DNA from: Anaerolineaceae bacterium
GTDB lineage: Bacteria; Chloroflexota; Anaerolineae; Anaerolineales; Villigracilaceae
Direction: 5' to 3'
Length of the DNA: 31,432 bases
Assembly (NCBI GenBank): GCA_009885945.1
Contig: VFJR01000071.1
Coordinates: 1-31,432, forward strand
The notes below the pieces were generated by a model. That model was not told the DNA's origin, searched no databases, and worked only from the letters and a program-made list of their open reading frames with translations. The first letter of the stretch is position 1. Every line of letters starts with the position of its first letter. This document shows, piece by piece, positions 22,955 to 31,432 of this stretch. Both the position numbers and the translations under genes were made by a program.

Positions 22955-23881
22955 TTATAGCGCTTTTATTTTTTTCTTCTCGGTCATCTCGCTTGCAATT
23001 TGTGCGGCGAGACGCGCGTTGTTTAATAACAAAGCTAGGTTTGCCTTTAATGATTTTCCCGCAGATAATGCACTGATGCGGCTTAATAAAAATGGAGTCA
23101 GCGCCTGCCCGTGGATTCCCTGTTTCATTGCCTCAGCAGATGCTTGAGCGATCAGCGGCTCCATCTCAGACTGGGGGATGGATTCTGTTTCAGGGAGCGG
23201 ATTCGCCACGAGGACTGCGCTCTGTAATCCCATTTCCCAATGTGTGCGCGCAAAATCAGCGACCTCTTTTGCCGAGTCTAATTGCACGCTGACCTTCAAT
23301 CCGCTTTCGCGTGTGTAGAATGCAGGAAATTCATTGGTTTGATAGCCCACCACAGGCACACCCATTGTTTCCAGATATTCGAGCGTAGCAGGCAGGTCTA
23401 AAATGGATTTTGCTCCTGCACAGACAACGATCATGGGGGTCTCTGCCAAAGCGCGCAGGTCAGTTGAAATATCAAACGCAGATTCTTTATGTACGCCACC
23501 AATTCCGCCAGTGGCAAATACTTTAATACCAGCCAATTGCGCGGCGAGCATTGTGCCAGCTACTGTTGTGCCGCCATTCCTCTTTTTAAGAATAGCAGTT
23601 GCGAAATCACGGTGACTCACTTTCAGCGGCGAATCTGTTTCAGAAAGCTGAATCAAATCTTCGTCAGAGAGACCGATGCGCAGTTTTCCATCCAACAATG
23701 CAATGGTGGCGGGGATCGCTTCTGCCTTGCGGATTTGTGTTTCCATGTCGCGCGCTAACGCTAGGTTTTGCGGGTATGGCAATCCGTGTGTAATCACAGT
23801 AGATTCTAGCGCGACAACAGGAGTTCCAAAATTTAATGCGCGTGTGATCTCAGTTGTAATATGTACGTGTGGATTTTTCAA
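22955..23881 (-). CDS. psuG: Pseudouridine-5'-phosphate glycosidase
   Basis: 'PVVALESTVITHGLPYPQN', 'GGTTVAGTMLAAQLAGIKVFATGGIGGVH', 'MIVVCAGAKSILD' are PsuG/IndA-family hallmarks. TTG start with good SD AGGAAAGGAAAA. No in-frame ATG upstream before a stop. Confidence 0.85.
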   Translation of the reverse strand: MKNPHVHITTEITRALNFGTPVVALESTVITHGLPYPQNLALARDMETQIRKAEAIPATIALLDGKLRIGLSDEDLIQLSETDSPLKVSHRDFATAILKKRNGGTTVAGTMLAAQLAGIKVFATGGIGGVHKESAFDISTDLRALAETPMIVVCAGAKSILDLPATLEYLETMGVPVVGYQTNEFPAFYTRESGLKVSVQLDSAKEVADFARTHWEMGLQSAVLVANPLPETESIPQSEMEPLIAQASAEAMKQGIHGQALTPFLLSRISALSAGKSLKANLALLLNNARLAAQIASEMTEKKKIKAL

Positions 23882-23918
23882 TGAATTTTCCTTTCCTTTT
23901 TCTCTGGAAAGGCGATGG

Positions 23919-25532
23919 TTATTTTAACCAATGCATTTCCAGCAAGTTGATATCGCGGATTACTTTTTCAATATTATCCAGCGCGCGCTTATCCTCTAGG
24001 CTGGGGTCTTCTATAAATTCAATGTCGAGCAATTCTTTGCCCGCCAGTAATTCTTTGCGAATGGCTTTTAGAATATCGAGCGCGATCGTATTGGGGCTTT
24101 TTTCTACCTGAACGACTTCTCCAAACTTACGCGCAAAATTATTGTATTCTTCAAAAAATACCGTTTCTGATTCTTTTGCTTTTTCAACATGGTCTTTTTT
24201 ATGAGAGGTATTTTTCGGCTGTTCGAATTTTTCAATAATAGCAGAATTAACCAGTTTGATAAATTCCTCGTTGGCTGTTTTGCCTTTTTTACGTTCGGCA
24301 TCGGTTTTTTTGCTGGCATTGTCACCAGCTTTTTTCCAAGCTTCTTGCAATTTGTCGAAGATTGGAGCAGGGGGGTGCTTCCATGTGCCGATGTCAATCC
24401 ATTCAAGTGAGATGCCAGTTTTGGCGGCTTTTTCTTTGAACTCACGGGAATAAAATTGCGATGTGATCATTGAGCGCGATGTGAATTTTGGCGCGTTCAC
24501 GGGTTTGCTGTCGCGAGGTATGGCTTTTTGCTGGCGGGTTAATTCATTGCGAATTTGTTCTACTGAATCTTGGTTGACCAGCGCCTGATCAATTTCCTTT
24601 TGCCCAATCGATGCCAAAATTTCCGCCAGGGTGTGCTTGCGAATTAAGTCTTCTAATTCGTTTTGAATTAAACGTAAAACAGTGGTGTTCCACGGGAATG
24701 CACTTTTTTCTTCTAGGGGTTCGGGGCGCACAATGGTTTGTTCATAGACAAGCGCTTTTACTGCTTCAGGGTCATATAGTAAAGCGGCATCGTCTGTATC
24801 ATCTGTTTCTTCTTGCCGCCGCAGAACGCGGAACATGATTTTGATGTCATGTGCTCCCAAAGGGATGCCGTCCTTTGTGCGCGAATTGACCGAAAGGTCT
24901 GTAAGGAATTGGTCGCTTAAGTTGATGACCGCATATTCGGCATCGCCAATTTCACGGATGCGCTCGAACCTGCTGATCTTCCAAGGTTTGCCGCGCGCGT
25001 GCATAATTTCGGGTGCACCGCTTATTTTTTCAAATAAGACCACGTTGCCAAGGTTTACCTGAACATGCCCAGGTCCGCCAATTTGAACAATGGTGGTCTC
25101 TTGATCCGATTCTGAAATTTCACCTTCAGTAATTTTGATAATGGATTGCCCATCGCCGTTCCATATTCTGCCGCCGTGTTCAAGGGCGTCTTCATCGTCA
25201 TAGCCGAACGCTACTTTGTCTAAAAAGGTAACGGCGATTTCTTCATCTTCCAATTCGTAGATGTCTTGTAAATATTTTGCGCAAACATTCTTTGCGATTC
25301 TATACGCTACATAAATAATCGGTGCGTACTTAAGGAAACTTAGCGCCGCCAAAATTAATCGCCATATATTTTCACTTACCCCAATGAAGGTTAAAATCAT
25401 TGTCAAGCCGCTCAGCGTAAACCAGACCGCAATGAAGAGGATCATGCGCCACTGTTTGCGAAAAGCAACACTTTGCGGGGTGAGTGCAAACATCATTTCC
25501 GTCATTCTTTCAAGCTGTAAAGAGCGATTCAT
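23919..25532 (-). CDS. Membrane-anchored, highly divergent SPFH/band-7-like protein (537 aa), second gene of a tandem SPFH pair
   Basis: N-terminal TM hairpin 'ILFIAVWFTLSGLTMILTFIGV...LILAALSFL'. Core 'TTIVQIGGPGHVQVNLGNVVLF...SDQFLTDLSVNSRTKDGIPLGAHDIKIMFRV' and 'GISLEWIDIGTWKHPPAPIFDKLQEAWKKA' resemble SPFH blocks. Lys/Glu-rich coiled-coil tail. 4-bp overlap (ATGA) with the upstream gene. Confidence 0.4.
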   Translation of the reverse strand: MNRSLQLERMTEMMFALTPQSVAFRKQWRMILFIAVWFTLSGLTMILTFIGVSENIWRLILAALSFLKYAPIIYVAYRIAKNVCAKYLQDIYELEDEEIAVTFLDKVAFGYDDEDALEHGGRIWNGDGQSIIKITEGEISESDQETTIVQIGGPGHVQVNLGNVVLFEKISGAPEIMHARGKPWKISRFERIREIGDAEYAVINLSDQFLTDLSVNSRTKDGIPLGAHDIKIMFRVLRRQEETDDTDDAALLYDPEAVKALVYEQTIVRPEPLEEKSAFPWNTTVLRLIQNELEDLIRKHTLAEILASIGQKEIDQALVNQDSVEQIRNELTRQQKAIPRDSKPVNAPKFTSRSMITSQFYSREFKEKAAKTGISLEWIDIGTWKHPPAPIFDKLQEAWKKAGDNASKKTDAERKKGKTANEEFIKLVNSAIIEKFEQPKNTSHKKDHVEKAKESETVFFEEYNNFARKFGEVVQVEKSPNTIALDILKAIRKELLAGKELLDIEFIEDPSLEDKRALDNIEKVIRDINLLEMHWLK

Positions 25533-26914
25533 GACTTGCCCTTCTCTTTGGCTTGTGACGCGGCGCGATTATTATCGAGTATCCATTTCCATACTTCTTG
25601 CATTTTTTGCAAGGTGGTTTCTAGTTCACGAGGGTCAATATTTTCGTTTACAACAGCTTCCTTAACAGGCTCAATGATCAGGTTTAGAGCAGTAAAAGGA
25701 TGTTTAGACGGGCTGACTCTGCCCGAATATTTTTGACTGGAAATTCGTGCAAAACGTTTACTGGCTTCTTCACGCCCATGGGCGTTGATCAGAGATTCCA
25801 TGTCTAAAATTATCTTTGCTTCTTTTTCTGCGTTGGTTTGCCATTCATTGCGCCAGTTTTGAATGATCTGTTCTTGCATGGCAGTCTCAAAAATAATGTC
25901 ATGGATGCGCACTTCAATGACCTCAAGCCCGCGCGTATCGAGCTGCTGAAATTCAATACTCTCATGCATCAACCCATTTGGCAGCCCTGTATCATCTAGC
26001 TCCACAACTCTTTCGTTTTTCAACCTTTTGTTGATCATATCTTCAATGGTTTGCAAGCCGCTCACATTGTTGTTGGTGGTGAACAGCTCAGCTAATTTAA
26101 ACTTGCGAACATACTCACGCCACAAATTGATCACTAAATAAGGTGGCAGTCCCTTCCAGTCCATTTTTTCCTGTGTGCTGGTGTTAATAATGTCGTTGGT
26201 GATTGCATTTCGCACAGCAGATTCATCATATCCATAGCCAGAGTACACGCCGCTTTCTGTAGGGTCAAGCAGAGATGTGGGGCGTTTGATCGAAAATTTT
26301 ATACTGATGGTGGGCGTCACTTCAAAACCATCACGCGATAATTCTGTAGTCGTTTCACGTTTATTTTGTGTTTCATCTGCAAGATCGCCCCATACTTCTT
26401 CGGGCAGTGGTCCAACATATTGCATTTGGTCGCGTAAATCAACACTGCCCGCAATGTATTCGTTGGGCTTCGTAAATTTGATGCCAGGTCCCGCCGCCCC
26501 TTTTATTTCTGCGTCTGTTCTTAAGACAACTGCGCTGGCAGTATCCAACACTATCACGCCCAAGCCGCGCTTTTTTTCTTCCCCCTCATGCCTAATTACA
26601 TCTCCGTTTTTTACAAAAAGAGCCTGCCCATTTTTGCCCACTTGAAAAGCCTGCACACGTTCATATACTTCTTTGCGATGTTTTGCGGTTTGCACAGGCA
26701 AAATAAACTGTGAGAAGAAATACGTAAATCCATTCAGCAGTAGAATGGAAAGTACAATATCCAATACCAGCAAAATTGCGCTGACAACCAAGTTAATAGG
26801 AATCCCTGCCAGCCAGGCGATTAAGTGCCAAACAACAGTAATTCCAATCACCACGCCTATTGGTGTTTGCAAGCCATTCATTAGGACGTCCATCACTCTG
26901 CGCATATTGAACAT
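25529..26914 (-). CDS. Membrane-anchored divergent SPFH/band-7 (stomatin/HflKC/flotillin-like) protein (461 aa), first gene of the tandem pair
   Basis: Two N-terminal TM helices. 'GLGVIVLDTASAVVLRTDAEIKGAAGPGIKFTKPNEYIAGSVDLRDQMQYVG' matches SPFH 'G.r.v..rlG.....gPGl.f..P.i.....vdlR.q'. 'GLEVIEVRIHDIIFETAMQEQIIQNWRNEWQTNAEKEAKI' matches the SPFH C-terminal 'GievvdV.i.di..p.ev..am......AEre..a'. Possibly leaderless: a TAGAAT box abuts the ATG. Confidence 0.45.
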   Translation of the reverse strand: MFNMRRVMDVLMNGLQTPIGVVIGITVVWHLIAWLAGIPINLVVSAILLVLDIVLSILLLNGFTYFFSQFILPVQTAKHRKEVYERVQAFQVGKNGQALFVKNGDVIRHEGEEKKRGLGVIVLDTASAVVLRTDAEIKGAAGPGIKFTKPNEYIAGSVDLRDQMQYVGPLPEEVWGDLADETQNKRETTTELSRDGFEVTPTISIKFSIKRPTSLLDPTESGVYSGYGYDESAVRNAITNDIINTSTQEKMDWKGLPPYLVINLWREYVRKFKLAELFTTNNNVSGLQTIEDMINKRLKNERVVELDDTGLPNGLMHESIEFQQLDTRGLEVIEVRIHDIIFETAMQEQIIQNWRNEWQTNAEKEAKIILDMESLINAHGREEASKRFARISSQKYSGRVSPSKHPFTALNLIIEPVKEAVVNENIDPRELETTLQKMQEVWKWILDNNRAASQAKEKGKS

Positions 26915-26970
26915 GATTCTATATCAAAATCGTGTAAAACACCAACAGCAAATACGGTTAAAATCCTTTT

Positions 26971-27627
26971 ATGCTAAAAGTCGAATTTCATTGCCATACC
27001 AACGCCTCAAAGGATTCTTTAACCAGTCCTGAGGATTTAATCAAAGCCGCGCGGAAAAAAGGCATTGACCGCCTGATCGTTACCGACCATAACTCGATTG
27101 CTGGCGCACAGGCGGCTCATTCTCTCGCCCCAGGCTTGATCATTGTTGGCGAGGAAATTTTAACTACCCGAGGCGAAATTCTAGCGGCGTTTGTGCACGA
27201 GGAAATCCCCGCGCGTCTTTCGCCTATGGAAACGATAAAAAGGCTAAAAGCTCAGGGTGCATTTATTAGCGTCTCGCACCCATTTGATGAATTACGAGAG
27301 GGCGGCTGGGAGCAGGATGACTTGCTAGAAATTATCCCTTTTGTAGATGCCATTGAAGTATATAACTCGCGTTGTATGTTCCCTTGGTTTAATAGCAGGG
27401 CAAAAGAATTCGCTGAAAAGCATAATATTGCAGGCACTGTTGGCTCAGACGCGCACGCCGCCTTTGAGCTGGGCAGGTCGCTGCTTTTGTTGGAGCAGTT
27501 TTCAAGCGCAGGCGAGATGCGTAAGGTCGTTCGGGCTGGAGTTCCGCGAGTAAGGTGGTCTCCGCCTTGGTTTCATCTAACATCGCGCTATGCATCTATT
27601 AAAAAGAAATTGTTGCGCTTGATATAA
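26971..27627 (+). CDS. PHP-domain (polymerase/histidinol-phosphatase-like) metal-dependent phosphoesterase
   Basis: 'VEFHCHTNASKDS', 'IVTDHNSIAG', 'ISVSHPFD', 'GSDAHAA' are the canonical PHP His/Asp metal-ligand motifs. Confidence 0.7.
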   Translation: MLKVEFHCHTNASKDSLTSPEDLIKAARKKGIDRLIVTDHNSIAGAQAAHSLAPGLIIVGEEILTTRGEILAAFVHEEIPARLSPMETIKRLKAQGAFISVSHPFDELREGGWEQDDLLEIIPFVDAIEVYNSRCMFPWFNSRAKEFAEKHNIAGTVGSDAHAAFELGRSLLLLEQFSSAGEMRKVVRAGVPRVRWSPPWFHLTSRYASIKKKLLRLI

Positions 27628-27635
27628 TTCAACTT

Positions 27636-28817
27636 ATGAAAAATTCAATGCGATACTTTATTTCCATTTTTGCGGCTGTCGTTATCTTTGTAATTACATA
27701 TTTTAATAAAGCAGAATTGCCGCCTGTACTTTTTTCTGGTTTTGGTTCAGAAACAGTGCGCGCTGAAGTGACCCAAATCCTAGACGAGGGTGAAATTAAA
27801 CTTGGAGAACATGTTCAGCCGTATCAAATATTGGAAGTAAAAGCATTGGAAGGGGACTATGCCGGAGTTCCTATGCAGGTGGATTTTGGAAAACGGCAGG
27901 TTCGTTCGGACGATTATGCACTTGCGCTTGGCGATAAGATTATTATTACCATCAGCAAAACTCCTGATAATGTGGTCAATGCTTATTTTGTAGATTATGT
28001 GCGCGTTAATCCAATCTTATGGTTGACCGCATTATTTGCAATTTCTATTTTATGGATCAGCGGTTGGAAGGGTTTGCGCGCGCTTTTAAGCATGGCATTT
28101 AGTTTGTATATGATTATTGGTTATATTATTCCGCATATTTTGGCAGGCGAAGACCCGTTGCGCGTCAGTATTATTGGCTCGGCAATTTTGCTGGGCATTA
28201 CTTTATATCTCACGTATGGCTGGACGCTTAAAACACATGCGGCGGTATTGAGCATGATCCTTGTGCTTTTGCTGACGGGCGCGCTTTCCTATTTCTTTGT
28301 GATTCTTACCCGTTTGAATGGACTTGGTGATGAAAATACCATGTTCCTTATTCAAATGCTGGATACACCGATTAATTTGCGCGGGCTGTTGCTGGGCGGT
28401 ATGATCATTGGCGCTTTGGGTGTCTTGGATGATCTGGTAACGACTCAAGCCTCTGCTGTGTTTGAACTTCACCATGCCAATCCGACTCTTGGCTTTGGTA
28501 GACTCTACTCAAGCGCCATGCGCATCGGGCAGGACCATGTGGCGGCTACTGTCAATACTTTAGTGTTAGCCTACGCTGGAGCGGCTCTGCCAATGTTGTT
28601 GATGTTTTCATTGGGGCGTGGTAATTATGGTTACCTCATTAATTTTTCGGTAGTGGCAGAGGAAGTAGTGCGTACTTTGGTTGGATCACTTGGCTTGATT
28701 GCAGCTGTGCCGCTTACTACGGTCATTGCAATTTGGTTCGTTCAAAGCGCTGATTCGCTTGGGTGGCTGAGACAGTTTCTTGGTCCAGAGGGAAGCGGCG
28801 AAGGGCATATTCATTAA
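27636..28817 (+). CDS. YibE/F-family polytopic membrane protein
   Basis: N-terminal TM plus soluble domain plus about 8 TM helices. 'GLLLGGMIIGALGVLDDLVTTQASAV' and 'TVNTLVLAYAGAALPMLLMF' are typical of the YibE/F (PF07907) organisation as I recall it. Confidence 0.55.
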   Translation: MKNSMRYFISIFAAVVIFVITYFNKAELPPVLFSGFGSETVRAEVTQILDEGEIKLGEHVQPYQILEVKALEGDYAGVPMQVDFGKRQVRSDDYALALGDKIIITISKTPDNVVNAYFVDYVRVNPILWLTALFAISILWISGWKGLRALLSMAFSLYMIIGYIIPHILAGEDPLRVSIIGSAILLGITLYLTYGWTLKTHAAVLSMILVLLLTGALSYFFVILTRLNGLGDENTMFLIQMLDTPINLRGLLLGGMIIGALGVLDDLVTTQASAVFELHHANPTLGFGRLYSSAMRIGQDHVAATVNTLVLAYAGAALPMLLMFSLGRGNYGYLINFSVVAEEVVRTLVGSLGLIAAVPLTTVIAIWFVQSADSLGWLRQFLGPEGSGEGHIH

Positions 28818-28827
28818 GGAGAGATGT

Positions 28828-29577
28828 ATGAGGATTGGTATCATCGGCGCGTTGGATGAGGAACTATTGCCTATTCGAGAATTTACCCAGCATCTTGAAA
28901 GAAAGCACATTCGTAATCGAATTTATTGGCATGGCGATGTTTATGGGCATGAGCTTTATTTGACGCGTTGTGATGTTGGCAAAGTGAATGCCGCAGTTGC
29001 CGCGCAACAAATCATTGATCATTTTTCAGTGGATCTTATGTTTAATATCGGTAGTTCAGGTGCACTCTCGCCTGAACTTGAGGTAGGTGATCTTGTAATT
29101 GCTACTGAAGCCATTCAACATGATTTTGATCTATCCAGCTGGGGCTTACAGCCTGGTGAAATATTGTTTGATGCAGTGACAGAGAATGGACAATTGAAGT
29201 TTCGCTCACAGCAAATATTTACATGCGATAAAAAAATCTCAAAGTTGATAATGGATGTTGCGCACAAGCTTAAATTTACAGAGGTGCTGGGGCATTCCCC
29301 TAAAATTATTTCTGGCAGGATCTTAAGCGGCGATCAATTTATTGGACAGCAAACCAAGGCAAATGAGTTGTGGAATATTTTACAGGGTCTATGTACTGAT
29401 ATGGAAGCTGCGGGAATTGCACACGCCTGTACTGTGAACGATGTGCCTTTTGTGTGTGTACGTGCAATTTCTGATAAGGCAGACCACTCTGCTACTGTAG
29501 CTTTTACAGAATTTTTACAAGCGGCGGTAGTGAATTACGGAAAGCTATTTGAAAAAGTGATCATGCAGTTGGAGTGA
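28828..29577 (+). CDS. mtnN: 5'-methylthioadenosine/S-adenosylhomocysteine nucleosidase (PNP_UDP_1 fold)
   Basis: 'MRIGIIGALDEEL', 'CDVGKVNAAVAAQQIIDHFSVDLMFNIGSSGAL', 'GDLVIATEAIQHDFDL', 'TDMEAAGIAHAC'. The true start is ATG 28828 with strong SD AAGGAGAG; the ORF-track TTG start at 28780 overlaps the YibE/F gene. Confidence 0.8.
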   Translation: MRIGIIGALDEELLPIREFTQHLERKHIRNRIYWHGDVYGHELYLTRCDVGKVNAAVAAQQIIDHFSVDLMFNIGSSGALSPELEVGDLVIATEAIQHDFDLSSWGLQPGEILFDAVTENGQLKFRSQQIFTCDKKISKLIMDVAHKLKFTEVLGHSPKIISGRILSGDQFIGQQTKANELWNILQGLCTDMEAAGIAHACTVNDVPFVCVRAISDKADHSATVAFTEFLQAAVVNYGKLFEKVIMQLE

Positions 29578-29745
29578 TGGGCAATTTTATTTTACTCACT
29601 AACCGCCAAGTATCCATAACGCCAAGCCTATAGGAAGGTCACCAAGGGCTTTTCTTGGCATCTTATGAAAAACTTGGCGTTCCTTGCGCCTATGCCCTCT
29701 TTAGAGGGTGGCGGTGAAAAAGAATTTGATTCTGTGTATGATCAC

Positions 29746-31158
29746 TTACTTTGCTTGCGCTGAATTATATTTATCTAATTGTACAAAGCCATCATAGGCG
29801 GCATATTTATATAGATCAGAGAGAGTGGGGAAATTGTAAACAGCGCGGATAAAACTTTCGATGTCGCCTTTTTCTTCCAAAATATGCGCTCCAATATGAA
29901 TTAACTCTGAAGCCATTTCGCCAAGGATGTGAACGCCGAGCAGGGTGTTATCTGTGGGAGAGAAGATTAATTTGAGCATCCCGTTCTTATCGCCGATGAT
30001 CAATCCGCGCGGATTGTTGTTGTAATAGGCACGTCCTACCAAATAAGGAATATTCTTTGTTTTGCAATCTTCCTCGGTTAAGCCAACCATTGAAACTTCT
30101 GGAATAGTGTAAACAGCCAGCGGAATAATGGGGGAGATGGCATCTTTGGCGCGCAGTCCAAATGCGTGAGCGATGGCGGCGCGGCTTTGCTCCATGGATG
30201 CAGAGGCAAGCGCGGGGAAGCCTATAACATCTCCTGCCGCATAAATAGTTGGGATATTGGTTTGATATCTTTCATTGACTTTAACAAGCCCGCGCGCGCC
30301 CATCTCCACGCCTATGGATTCGAGTCCCAGCCCATATGTATTTCCCTGACGCCCTGCCGCTAATAATGCCATTTCACATTCCAATTTTTGATTATTTGGA
30401 AGGAATAAAGTGACATGGTCTTTGTGGGCTTCCATATTTGCCTGCCAATCAATAAACATTAAATCGACCCCAAACTCTTTTAGCCCTTTTATTAAAACTT
30501 CTGTGATCTCATCATCTATAAAAGTTAATAATCTCTCGCGGGCTGTGATTAAGGTTACTTTTACGCCCAGCGCCGCAAAAATGGATGCGTATTCAGAACC
30601 GATCACCCCGCCTCCAATGACTGCCAATGTTTTGGGAATAGTATCCAGTTCCAAGATCGAGTCTGAGTCGTGAATCAGGGGATGGTCAAACTCGATATCT
30701 GTAGGATGAAAAGGCGTGGAGCCGGTTGCAATGAGAATGAATTCCCCTCTTAGTTGTTTTACCTCGCCCTTGTCTGTAATCACTTGTACTGTATGGATAT
30801 CGATCAATGAGGCAGTTCCGTGAATTTCATCAATTTTATGTCTTTGTATATTTCGATTGATGATTTTCCACTCTTCCTCCACAACCATTTGCTTGCGATA
30901 CATAAAGTCTTTGACGGTTACGCCTTTTTTTAATGAATAGTCAATACCAAATAATCCCCGTTGTAGTAAACCAGAAAAATATAAAGCAGTCTCACGCAAA
31001 GTTTTGGAAGGTATCGTACCTGTATTTATGCCCGCTCCGCCGGGATGCGCGGCACGTTCTATCAAAGCCACTCTTTTGCCAAAATAGGCAGCTTCTGCCG
31101 CGCCCTTCTCGCCTGCGGGTCCCGCGCCAATTACAATTAAGTCATAATTTGTATCCAT
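29746..31158 (-). CDS. sthA: Soluble pyridine nucleotide transhydrogenase (Si-specific NAD(P)+ transhydrogenase), FAD/NAD-binding class-I disulfide-oxidoreductase fold without the redox-active CxxxxC
   Basis: Near end-to-end collinearity with E. coli SthA: 'YDLIVIGAGPAGEKGA', 'GGAGINTGTIPSK' (no Cys pair, as in SthA rather than Lpd), 'HPTDIEFDHPLIHDSDSIL', 'GDVIGFPALASA', 'YTIPEVSMVGLTE', 'YNFPTLSDLYKYAA'. Confidence 0.85.
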   Translation of the reverse strand: MDTNYDLIVIGAGPAGEKGAAEAAYFGKRVALIERAAHPGGAGINTGTIPSKTLRETALYFSGLLQRGLFGIDYSLKKGVTVKDFMYRKQMVVEEEWKIINRNIQRHKIDEIHGTASLIDIHTVQVITDKGEVKQLRGEFILIATGSTPFHPTDIEFDHPLIHDSDSILELDTIPKTLAVIGGGVIGSEYASIFAALGVKVTLITARERLLTFIDDEITEVLIKGLKEFGVDLMFIDWQANMEAHKDHVTLFLPNNQKLECEMALLAAGRQGNTYGLGLESIGVEMGARGLVKVNERYQTNIPTIYAAGDVIGFPALASASMEQSRAAIAHAFGLRAKDAISPIIPLAVYTIPEVSMVGLTEEDCKTKNIPYLVGRAYYNNNPRGLIIGDKNGMLKLIFSPTDNTLLGVHILGEMASELIHIGAHILEEKGDIESFIRAVYNFPTLSDLYKYAAYDGFVQLDKYNSAQAK

Positions 31159-31248
31159 GAATAGTTCCTTTTATATGTTAACCCCATCTTGAACAAGAGT
31201 TTCGTAATGCCATTAAGGAAGTCGTATTAGAAATTAATTTTGGCTTTT

Positions 31249-31292
31249 ATTTAAATAGAAAACGCTGAAGAATCAGCGTTTTCTATTTAAAT
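31249..31292. repeat. Perfect 20-bp inverted repeat (ATTTAAATAGAAAACGCTGA-agaa-TCAGCGTTTTCTATTTAAAT) about 90 bp upstream of the sthA start: bidirectional terminator or palindromic operator
   Basis: Read directly. AT-rich arms with a GC core; T-runs on both flanks. Confidence 0.5.
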
Positions 31293-31432
31293 TTTATTGT
31301 CGAATTATATTATCAGAGCTTAGGCATTTGCCTTCATGACCCCAAAGGGGTCAAATGATTATAGAATTGTAGATGGATGTTGCGAATTCAACCCCGAAGG
31401 GGTGTCAGAGCTTGTAAAATCCATATCATCCC

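Noticed and set aside
28780-28827. ORF-track TTG start extending mtnN 16 codons upstream
   Set aside because: Overlaps the end of the YibE/F gene. A canonical ATG with strong SD (AAGGAGAG) at 28828 begins the conserved MRIGIIGA N-terminus.
29578-29745. Possible terminators between convergent mtnN and sthA (CCAAG-ggctttt-CTTGG; CCCTC-ttta-GAGGG; GGCG-caaggaa-CGCC plus TTTTT on the minus strand)
   Set aside because: Stems are only 4-6 bp and are not followed by convincing U-tracts (except the weakest one). Cannot be called confidently from sequence alone.
1-31432. CRISPR arrays, IS elements, integrases, phage genes
   Set aside because: Scanned for regularly spaced direct repeats, transposase or integrase-like ORFs and terminal inverted repeats. 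None found. The only repeats are the intragenic microsatellite at 447-500 and the palindromes near 31250-31413.

Overview
This is a chromosomal, non-mobile region from a moderate-GC bacterium. No transposase, integrase or CRISPR is visible. The domain repertoire (giant multi-GAF kinase, DUF4388 plus MglA-like GTPase) suggests Chloroflexota or another Terrabacteria lineage, but that is inference only. About 30 genes were called, listed here in window order.

The first gene is a 5'-truncated tandem-domain ThyX. It is followed by a LysM lipoprotein. An operon on the minus strand encodes a secreted Zn-metallopeptidase and an orphan family-5 ABC substrate-binding protein.

Two back-to-back signalling modules come next:
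- Module 1 has a near-consensus sigma70 promoter, a DUF4388 protein, a CvnD/MglA-type small GTPase and an alpha/beta hydrolase.
- Module 2 is a roughly 12 kb operon. It encodes a hexapeptide-repeat protein, a Rossmann dehydrogenase, a REC-GGDEF regulator with a degenerate GGDNF motif, a 2479-aa transmembrane histidine kinase with about 11 tandem GAF domains, a CheY-like REC, and a paralogous alpha/beta hydrolase that has lost its catalytic serine.

Downstream is a classical TPP riboswitch with a terminator-type expression platform. It controls thiamine pyrophosphokinase (thiN) and a DUF402/Ntdp-like phosphatase.

A minus-strand operon follows. It encodes two tandem, highly divergent SPFH/band-7-like membrane proteins, psuG, an AHSA1/SRPBCC protein, DUF2085, DUF4126 and a small Cys-cluster membrane peptide.

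The window ends with a PHP phosphoesterase, a YibE/F membrane protein and mtnN on the plus strand, and convergent sthA on the minus strand. A 20-bp perfect palindrome sits upstream of sthA.

The most interesting unexplained biology is the large signalling locus. Several of its enzyme-like domains are catalytically degenerate (GGDNF cyclase, Ser-less hydrolase, G-loop-less nucleotidyltransferase-like protein). It is paired with a GTPase/DUF4388/hydrolase module that ends in an intact paralogue of the same hydrolase.
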